NCBI GenBank assembly: GCA_028284775.1
Contig: JANQRB010000167.1
Span: 106 to 64,105, forward strand
Length of the DNA: 64,000 nucleotides
DNA from: Candidatus Kapaibacterium sp.
GTDB taxonomy: Bacteria > Bacteroidota > Ignavibacteria > Kapaibacteriales > UBA7675
Reading direction: 5' to 3'
A program made the translations under genes and the position numbers. The notes beneath the pieces are model-generated. The model did not search any database. It was not told where the DNA came from and saw only the letters and a list, made by a program, of their open reading frames with translations. This document shows, in pieces, positions 57,387-64,000 of the stretch; the stretch's first letter is position 1; every line of letters starts with the position of its first letter.

Positions 57387-58244
57387 ATGCAGGAACTGGC
57401 AGCAACAATCGATCTCCTTCCCGATCCGGCTTCATTGCGGGCCTTGGCAAAGGAACACAAGTACGCATATCAGAGCGCCGCGCCTTATCCGCATGCGGTG
57501 TTCGATGATTTTCTGCGGGCCGATCTGCTCGATCAGGTCCTGGCCGAGTTTCCGACGGTTGCGACAGGTAAATGGATCAAATACTCCACGCGTTTTGAGG
57601 ACAAGTTCGGCTCAAAAGACGCGGCGGTCTGGGGTCCAACGACCCAGCTCTTACTGCTCTATCTCAATTCGCAGCCCTTTATCGAGTTCCTGCAGGAGCT
57701 TACCGGTATCGAGCAGCCGCTGCTTTCCGATCCGTATTTTGAAGGTGGCGGGCTGCATCAGATCCTGCCGGGCGGCCTGTTGAAGGTACACGCCGATTTC
57801 AACAAACACCCCAAGTCAAAGCTCGACCGCCGACTTAATGTCCTGCTGTATCTTAACAAAGATTGGGACGAATCCTACGGCGGTCACTTCGAAATGTGGG
57901 ACACCAAGATGGAGCACTGTGTTAAAAAAGTTCTCCCCTTGTTTAATCGACTGGTGATTTTTTCGACCACGTACAATTCCTACCACGGCCACCCCGATCC
58001 CCTTAGCTGCCCGGAAGGAAACTCGCGCAAGTCGCTGGCCCTGTATTATTACTCCAACGGCCGGCCGGAGCATGAATTGCATCCCGAGTTAGTCGAGCAC
58101 ACCACCTTGTTCCAAAACCGGCCGAGCGAGAATATCGACATCGAGCGCGAGTCGCAGAAAGGCGAAGCCTACTTTCGGATGAAGGACATTGTCAAATCGC
58201 TGACGCCGCCGATTTTGCTCGACTTGTACCGCAAACTCCGCTGA
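57387..58244 (+). CDS. 2OG-Fe(II) oxygenase (prolyl-hydroxylase-like)
   Basis: PYPHAVFDDFL, GGGLH, HxD (HADF), YLNKDW, SYHGHP and RKSLALYYY. Confidence 0.88.
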   Translation: MQELAATIDLLPDPASLRALAKEHKYAYQSAAPYPHAVFDDFLRADLLDQVLAEFPTVATGKWIKYSTRFEDKFGSKDAAVWGPTTQLLLLYLNSQPFIEFLQELTGIEQPLLSDPYFEGGGLHQILPGGLLKVHADFNKHPKSKLDRRLNVLLYLNKDWDESYGGHFEMWDTKMEHCVKKVLPLFNRLVIFSTTYNSYHGHPDPLSCPEGNSRKSLALYYYSNGRPEHELHPELVEHTTLFQNRPSENIDIERESQKGEAYFRMKDIVKSLTPPILLDLYRKLR

Positions 58245-58285
58245 GCATGAACCATTCGCGGCCTGGACTGTACCGGGCGGCGATA

Positions 58286-58309
58286 TAGCTTTGCGATTCA
58301 AAGTACTTT
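58286..58309 (+). promoter_or_regulatory. -7 promoter element overlapped by palindromic operator
   Basis: TAGCTTTG overlaps CTTTG-N5-CAAAG and the palindrome AAAGTACTTT. Confidence 0.5.
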
Positions 58310-58324
58310 AACTCAGGTCGAATT

Positions 58325-58948
58325 ATGGCGAAACAACGCGAACAGCTGGAGACCCTGTCAGAAATTCGAACGCTGATGGAACGTTCGTCGCGCTTTACGG
58401 CTCTCAGCGGTTTGTCGGTTAGCTGTGCCGGGGTACTGGCACTAATCGGCGCCGCCCTTGCCTATGCCTATCACAGTGCGATGGTGGAGGGTGGCGCAAC
58501 GCTTTACAATCTCGATCTGACGGCGCACAATCAGACATTTTACCTTTTGCTGGCACTGGTGGTCTTCGTTGCGGCCGTCGGTCTCAGTATCCTCTTCATT
58601 GTGCGCAAAGCGCGTCGTCAGGGACTGCCGGTTTGGAATATCACGGCGCGCGAGGCGCTGCTGCACCTGGCGATACCACTTTTGGCCGGCGCCGTGTTTT
58701 GCGTCATACTATTGCTGCAGAACATGCACGCCCTGGTAGCACCCTCGGCCCTGATGTTTTACGGCCTGGGGCTCGTAAACGCCAGCAAGTTTACTTTGCC
58801 CGAGTTGCGCTATCTCGGGCTCGCTGAACTGGGCCTGGGCCTGCTGGCCGCCGCCTTGCTCGGCAATGCTCTCATTTTCTGGTCAATTGGCTTCGGCGTG
58901 TTTCATATAGTGTACGGTAGCTACATGTATTACAAATACGAACGATGA
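58325..58948 (+). CDS. Multi-pass membrane protein (Bacteroidota-type, precedes wHTH regulator)
   Basis: IRTLMERSSRF.ALSGLS, FYGLGLVNASK and GFGVFHIVYG..MY.KYE; about 6 TM segments. Confidence 0.75.
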   Translation: MAKQREQLETLSEIRTLMERSSRFTALSGLSVSCAGVLALIGAALAYAYHSAMVEGGATLYNLDLTAHNQTFYLLLALVVFVAAVGLSILFIVRKARRQGLPVWNITAREALLHLAIPLLAGAVFCVILLLQNMHALVAPSALMFYGLGLVNASKFTLPELRYLGLAELGLGLLAAALLGNALIFWSIGFGVFHIVYGSYMYYKYER

Positions 58949-59247
58949 AGACCATAATCGTTAAGCTGAACAAAGTTTTTGAAAGTCGCGTGCGGCTGGG
59001 CATCATGTCGATGCTGGTTGTAAATGATGAAGTGGACTTTAACACCCTGAAGAAAATGCTGGACGTCACCGACGGCAATCTGGCCAGTCACATAAATGCC
59101 CTGGAAAAACAGCACTACCTGAGCGTTAATAAAGATTTTGTCGGCAAGAAAACGCGCACCTCTTTTACTGCAACAAGAGAGGGACGCGACGCGTTTAGTC
59201 AGCACCTTAATGCCCTGGAAGAACTAATCAAAAGCACGGAAAGTTAA
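58945..59247 (+). CDS. Winged-helix transcriptional regulator (MarR/ArsR-like, HTH_34)
   Basis: FESRVRLGIMS, TDGNLASH..ALE and KDFVGKKTRT. Confidence 0.88.
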   Translation: MKTIIVKLNKVFESRVRLGIMSMLVVNDEVDFNTLKKMLDVTDGNLASHINALEKQHYLSVNKDFVGKKTRTSFTATREGRDAFSQHLNALEELIKSTES

Positions 59248-59254
59248 TCGCTGC

Positions 59255-60001
59255 GTGTCGTGCCAAATCAGGATTCCCCTCATGATGCAGATTCTAAAGA
59301 CCGACGGACCGCGTAGCGGCCGTGAAGTGCTGTCTCTTTTTCAGATACTCGCGGCAATTTCGCTCTTCATCGGCGCGCTGATTTTATTCCGACAGATGTA
59401 TCAGGTGCCGTATTCCTTCCGTTTTCTACTGTGGAATCTTTTCCTGGCCTGGCTGCCTCTGGGCTTTGCCCTTCTGGCACGCGCCGGTCACCGTCGGCGA
59501 GGGCGACTATCTCCGGCAGTAGGCCTCAGCGCCTGCGCATGGCTGCTATTGTTTCCCAATGCGCTCTACATCGTCACCGACTTTGTTCATTTGCGGGGCA
59601 ACTGGCATGCGGGACTGTTTTGGATCGACCTGGTGATAATATTTCTGAGCGCATTCACGGGCCTGACACTGGGATTTTTGTCACTATACATCATGCAATC
59701 GATTGTCCGGCGCATACGCGGCGCGGCGCCGGCCTGGCTCTTTGTTCTGGGCGCCCTGGGTTTGAGCGGCTTCGGCGTCTATCTGGGACGCTTTCTGGGC
59801 TGGAACTCCTGGGATCTGATCGGCGCGCCGGATATGTTGCTGCGAGACATCTTCGCGCGAATCGTAAATCCCTGGGTTTATCCGGAAACATTTAAATTCA
59901 CCCTGTTGTTTGCCTGCTTTTACATCGGACTGTACCTGCTGGCGTATTTTGTAGCGGCATCCTACTCCAGTTGGACGAAGGAGATTCGACAACCATCGTG
60001 A
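59255..60001 (+). CDS. DUF1361-family membrane protein (start may be 59282)
   Basis: WNLFLAWLP, WLLLFPNALYIVTDFVHL and GVYLGRFLGWNSWD. Confidence 0.85.
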   Translation: MSCQIRIPLMMQILKTDGPRSGREVLSLFQILAAISLFIGALILFRQMYQVPYSFRFLLWNLFLAWLPLGFALLARAGHRRRGRLSPAVGLSACAWLLLFPNALYIVTDFVHLRGNWHAGLFWIDLVIIFLSAFTGLTLGFLSLYIMQSIVRRIRGAAPAWLFVLGALGLSGFGVYLGRFLGWNSWDLIGAPDMLLRDIFARIVNPWVYPETFKFTLLFACFYIGLYLLAYFVAASYSSWTKEIRQPS

Positions 60002-60846
60002 AGCGATTTTTAACGGTTCTTATCTGTAGTTTGCTGGTGGCTTTCAGCATCGGCGGTTTCTGTACAAAGCTGGCGGCCCAAAGCACCTACCTTCACGGCA
60101 GACCCCTGAATGACAGCTCCCTGCGACTTAGCCTCCAGACCTTTTTCCCCTTTGATGACAGCGCGCGCGGCGAGTGTTTTCCCAGCGCTGCCCACAATGT
60201 TTTCGCCCTGCTGCCGCTGAATGCCGATTTCGCGCTTACGCTGGCGCTGCCATTCGCCAATTTCGGCAGTGACAACTACTGTGAGGAAGGCATCGGCAAT
60301 CCCGGCTTCGGCATTCGCTGGCTGCTGCCCGGAGGCGCGCTCGAGCAATCGGCCCTGGCGCTGTCGGTAGAGATGCCCCTTGGCAAAGATCGCGAAGATC
60401 TGGCCCTGGTGGGCCGGCTGGCCAACAGTTACGATGCCCATAAATACCAAGCGCGGCAAACGACAATCAGCGTTGAATATGCCTATACGGCCGTCTTGCT
60501 GCCCGATATCGATTTCGGCGCGCAGGGAGGCCTGCGCTGGCTGCTGGCTGAGCAAAGCGCGAATGATGTCGTCGCGGCTTTCGCCCTCAGTCTCGTGTAC
60601 AGGATGTCCGATCCCGGTCTGGCACTGATCGGCGAACTGGCCAGCAGCGGATCGCTCGGCAATGACGAGCTGGGATTGCTCGAAGCCTTCGATTCGCTGC
60701 TCGCAGTAGGCTTGCAGTGGAACGAGTGGCGTATCCGCCCGGCGGTGCTCTATGAGATTGTGCTGGGGGATAAACTCGGCGGCCGTATTCCGGAGCGGGT
60801 GGGTAGTGTCCTGGCATTCCGGCTGGATTGGGAGCCGGGCGACTGA
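59998..60846 (+). CDS. Secreted / outer-membrane hypothetical protein
   Basis: GTGA overlap with the upstream stop, signal peptide and beta-strand patterns (GIGNPGFGIRW). Confidence 0.5.
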   Translation: MKRFLTVLICSLLVAFSIGGFCTKLAAQSTYLHGRPLNDSSLRLSLQTFFPFDDSARGECFPSAAHNVFALLPLNADFALTLALPFANFGSDNYCEEGIGNPGFGIRWLLPGGALEQSALALSVEMPLGKDREDLALVGRLANSYDAHKYQARQTTISVEYAYTAVLLPDIDFGAQGGLRWLLAEQSANDVVAAFALSLVYRMSDPGLALIGELASSGSLGNDELGLLEAFDSLLAVGLQWNEWRIRPAVLYEIVLGDKLGGRIPERVGSVLAFRLDWEPGD

Positions 60847-61002
60847 TGAACGATTGCCGCCGGGCAGTCTGAAGCCGGCCTGTGCGTGCAGCCGGTGCGC
60901 GCACAGCGACGGTGGACATTCAGTCCCTGCCACCCGCAGCCCGCTGCCACAGCTCGACCGCTTTTATTTGCAGGAAAGAGCGCAATCCGATACTTTAGAA
61001 GA

Positions 61003-64000
61003 ATGCGCAGCCTCAGCTTGTTTTGCCTTCTGCTGACCGCCATCGGCGCCGCCTTTGCCCCCCTGATGACGGCGCAACTTTCCGGCGACCCCTCGCAACT
61101 AACAGCCACGTCACATCTTCGTCAGGCAAGCGGATTTTTAGCTAATAACGGACGGATTATCGATTCCGATGGACGAAGCCGTTCCGACATTGCTTTTTCG
61201 GCTGCCCTGGGCGGGATGGATCTCTTTTTCAGCGCAGCGGGCTTCTCCTATGTAATGAGCGCGCGCCAGGGAGAATTCTGGGAAGCTGACTTCACAAGCG
61301 ACGGTCAGAATCTCGCGGCGCCGGCGGCCGAATACAAGGTGCACCGAACGGACTTGCTGATGATCGGTGCCGATGATAATGTCCGGATTGAGGCGGAAGG
61401 ACAACAGCTGGGGCGATATAATTTTTACGGTGGAAAGGCCGCAAGGGGCATTATCGGACTCCCGGCATTTGAGCGTCTGCGCTATCGCGAGATCTATCCG
61501 GGAATCGATCTGCTGGTTTTCATACTGGCGGACGGGCTCAAGTATGAGTTTCATGTACAGCCGGGCGCCGACCCGTCCCGAATTCGTTTTCAGCTCCGGG
61601 GTGCCAGTGGTCTGGATCTGAGTCCCGCCGGCGGCTTACGCATTGCAACCAGCCTGGGCAATATCGAAGAACAAGCGCCTTATGCCTTTCAGCCCGCGCT
61701 TTCGGCCGCTGCGCAATCTGATGATACGGTTGCTTGCCGCGTAATTATCCGTAAGGGCGAGGTCAGCTTTGATCTGGGCGAATACAATGCTCAGCGCAAG
61801 TTGGTGATCGACCCCTATGTCCAGTGGCGCATGTTCGTGGGCGGCAGCAGGGAAGAGGTCGGACGCGGCATCGACAGCGACATCGATAACAGCCTCTACG
61901 CAACCGGCTATACGGAAAGTCTTGATTTTCCCGCCAACGTCGGAACCACGACGCTCCAGGGAAACGTCGACGGTTATGTTGCGAAGTACCGCAGCGACGG
62001 CAGCTTCCAGTGGGCGACCTATCTCGGCGGTGCCGACGCGGACCGACCTGTGGCAATTGACGTGCATCCGGGCGGCATTTCACTGACCGGCTCGACACGC
62101 AGCGCGGACTTCCCGGTCAACGTCGATCCACTTGTCAAATCATCGCTGGAAGATGTTTTTGTCGCTTCCCTGCGCAAAGACGGCACGCTCGACTGGGCGG
62201 GCTTCCTCGGCGGCGGGGGCGTTGACTTCGGCATCGGCGTCGCCACCGATAGCGATGCGGCGCTGCTTATCGTGGGCACAACGAACAGTAGCGACTTTCC
62301 GGCAACGGTGGAACAGACTGCGATCGGCGGCAATTACGATGGCTTTGCTGCTAAGTATAATGCTGACGGGAGTAGACAATGGGTCAGTTATGTCGGCGGC
62401 AGCGGCGTCGATCAGGGCTATGGCATCGCAATGCTGGACCGGGACATCGTCATTGTCGGCCAGACCAACAGTAATGATTTTTATGCGACGGTCGGCGCGA
62501 CGACGCTCGCCGGCGATTATGACGGCTATGCCATTCGTCTGAACAGCGATGGCAGCCGTCGCTGGGGAACGCTGCTGGGAGGCGGGGCGCTTGACGGCGC
62601 GCAAGACGTGGCGATTGCCGCCAACGACGATATTCTGATTGCAGGATTCACTGCCAGCGCCGATTTCGGCGCCACCATCGGCAAGATATGTCTGAGCTCC
62701 GAAGACGTCTTTATCAGCAGACTGCGCAGCAGCGGCACCCAGATCTGGCGCACCTTGTACGGGGGCAGCTCCGGTGAACCGAACGGTGCGACGATCGGCC
62801 TGAAGTATGGTCCGAGCATCCGTATCGATGATGACGGCGATATTGTTATTGGCGGTACTTCATCGAGCCCCGATTTGCCGGCCCTGGTAGGGCAATGGGC
62901 GATTGGCGGTGCTGAAGATCTCTTTGTCGCCAAGTTCTGTTCCGAGGGCGGAATTCTCTGGAGCAGTTACTGCGGCGGCAGCGCCAAAGAGCGTGGCTTC
63001 GGCCTGGCTCTGGACAGTCAAGGTGCTATTTTTCTTGGCGGCTGGACCGAAAGCAGCGACTTTCCCGCGACGCAGGGACGCAGCAATCTCTCGGGCGCTG
63101 CCGACGCTGTGCTGGCCAGGTTCGATGCCGGCGACACCTGTGCAGCGGCTCTGACGGTGCTGCCAGCCGGTCCGGTAGAGTTTTGCGAGGGCCGGAATGC
63201 CCGGCTGGAAGCCATTTTTCAGGATTGTTATCCCGTCGACAACCTGGAATGGTTCGACCCGGAAGGACGGCGCATCGCTCAGTCCGCGTCGCTTCTGGTT
63301 TCCGAGTCGGGAATCTACACGGTACGTGCGCCCGGCCCTTGCGGCTGTGAATTGCGGGGCAGCGTGGAGGTCCGCGTTTTCCGAGCGCCCGTAATCAATC
63401 TGGTGCGAGATACAGTGTACTGCCGCGGCCAGCGAGCCGTCCAACTTGCCGCCCGCGTTGAGTCGGATGCCGATGCTCTCGAATTCGAGTGGACGCCGGC
63501 GGAAGGGCTGAGCAATCCGTCCAGTGCAACGCCCTTTGCGCTGCCCGATCAGGATACGCGCTACGAGCTGGTGGTTCGGGATAACAGGGGTTGCTCTGCG
63601 AGCGCTTTTGTTGATGTCAGGGTAGACGTTGCGCCGGATCTGCGCACCATCAGTCCGCTGCGGGCGTGCCGCGGCGAGCGGGCGCAATTGGAGGCCCGCT
63701 CAACGACAGAGGGTGTGAGCTACCAATGGGAACCGATTACCGGCCTCAGCGACCCTACGTCCGCGACGCCGGAATTTATCGTGTCTACCAACCGCAAATA
63801 TTATGTAAGGGCCGTTTCGCCGGGTGGCTGCAGCACACTCGACTCCGTGACGGTCCGGGTTCGGGATGCCGAATTGCAGGTATCCGACGGTGAACTGGAC
63901 TTCGGCAGCTTAAGCGGCTGCGATGACTTCGGCGAACGCAGACTGACCCTTTACAACAAAGGATCGGAAGACATCGATATCGATCGAGCGGCGATCGATG
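61003..64000 (+). CDS. 3'-truncated large secreted protein with SBBP (seven-bladed beta-propeller) repeats and Ig-like domains; not in ORF track
   Basis: Frame 1 translated by hand: signal MRSLSLFCLLLTAIGAAFAPLMTA, GFLANNGRI, YREIYPGIDL, KYEFHVQPGADP, LVIDP, repeats like WATYLGG...G.T.S.DFP and WTPAEGLS Ig units. No stop seen in the stretches read. Confidence 0.85.
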   Translation, partial: MRSLSLFCLLLTAIGAAFAPLMTAQLSGDPSQLTATSHLRQASGFLANNGRIIDSDGRSRSDIAFSAALGGMDLFFSAAGFSYVMSARQGEFWEADFTSDGQNLAAPAAEYKVHRTDLLMIGADDNVRIEAEGQQLGRYNFYGGKAARGIIGLPAFERLRYREIYPGIDLLVFILADGLKYEFHVQPGADPSRIRFQLRGASGLDLSPAGGLRIATSLGNIEEQAPYAFQPALSAAAQSDDTVACRVIIRKGEVSFDLGEYNAQRKLVIDPYVQWRMFVGGSREEVGRGIDSDIDNSLYATGYTESLDFPANVGTTTLQGNVDGYVAKYRSDGSFQWATYLGGADADRPVAIDVHPGGISLTGSTRSADFPVNVDPLVKSSLEDVFVASLRKDGTLDWAGFLGGGGVDFGIGVATDSDAALLIVGTTNSSDFPATVEQTAIGGNYDGFAAKYNADGSRQWVSYVGGSGVDQGYGIAMLDRDIVIVGQTNSNDFYATVGATTLAGDYDGYAIRLNSDGSRRWGTLLGGGALDGAQDVAIAANDDILIAGFTASADFGATIGKICLSSEDVFISRLRSSGTQIWRTLYGGSSGEPNGATIGLKYGPSIRIDDDGDIVIGGTSSSPDLPALVGQWAIGGAEDLFVAKFCSEGGILWSSYCGGSAKERGFGLALDSQGAIFLGGWTESSDFPATQGRSNLSGAADAVLARFDAGDTCAAALTVLPAGPVEFCEGRNARLEAIFQDCYPVDNLEWFDPEGRRIAQSASLLVSESGIYTVRAPGPCGCELRGSVEVRVFRAPVINLVRDTVYCRGQRAVQLAARVESDADALEFEWTPAEGLSNPSSATPFALPDQDTRYELVVRDNRGCSASAFVDVRVDVAPDLRTISPLRACRGERAQLEARSTTEGVSYQWEPITGLSDPTSATPEFIVSTNRKYYVRAVSPGGCSTLDSVTVRVRDAELQVSDGELDFGSLSGCDDFGERRLTLYNKGSEDIDIDRAAID

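Noticed and set aside
60844-61002. Stop read-through or selenocysteine fusion of 59998-60846 with the in-frame SBBP gene
   Set aside because: There is a tandem TGA-TGA, and the downstream gene has its own ATG and signal peptide.

Overview
GC-rich chromosomal segment from an FCB-group bacterium, most like Ca. Kapabacteria or Ignavibacteria. This is inferred from at least five T9SS C-terminal sorting domains, Bacteroidota-type TAnnTTTG promoter boxes and strong Shine-Dalgarno sites. The housekeeping core is rluD-like, lspA, dksA-like, ileS, a thioesterase, hpnE, tRNA-Leu(TAG), tig, clpP and clpX. A split kynurenine / 3-hydroxyanthranilate tryptophan-catabolism cluster is present (kmo, kynU, nbaC, ACMSD, aminomuconate-semialdehyde dehydrogenase and an atypical SDR). 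Other content includes many large secreted beta-propeller or Ig-like proteins, a VWA-WD40 / OmpA / ECF-sigma / anti-sigma-barrel operon, an M16 protease, and a TylF methyltransferase divergent from a 2OG-Fe(II) oxygenase. Two genes missing from the ORF track were found: a 49-aa membrane peptide (41036-41185) and a long SBBP-repeat gene running off the right edge (61003->64000). The most intriguing hypothesis is that the SGNH + SxtJ + 49-aa peptide + carbamoyltransferase module is an MBOAT-free carbamoyl relay to the cell envelope, because the peptide ends in a DltX/AlgI-like FIYxxF tyrosine motif. There is also a CTAG-bounded MITE-like element inside a degenerate ~58-bp palindromic repeat array (18803-19165). 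No CRISPR array, rRNA, integrase or transposase was seen. All family calls are by eye; no database searches were run.
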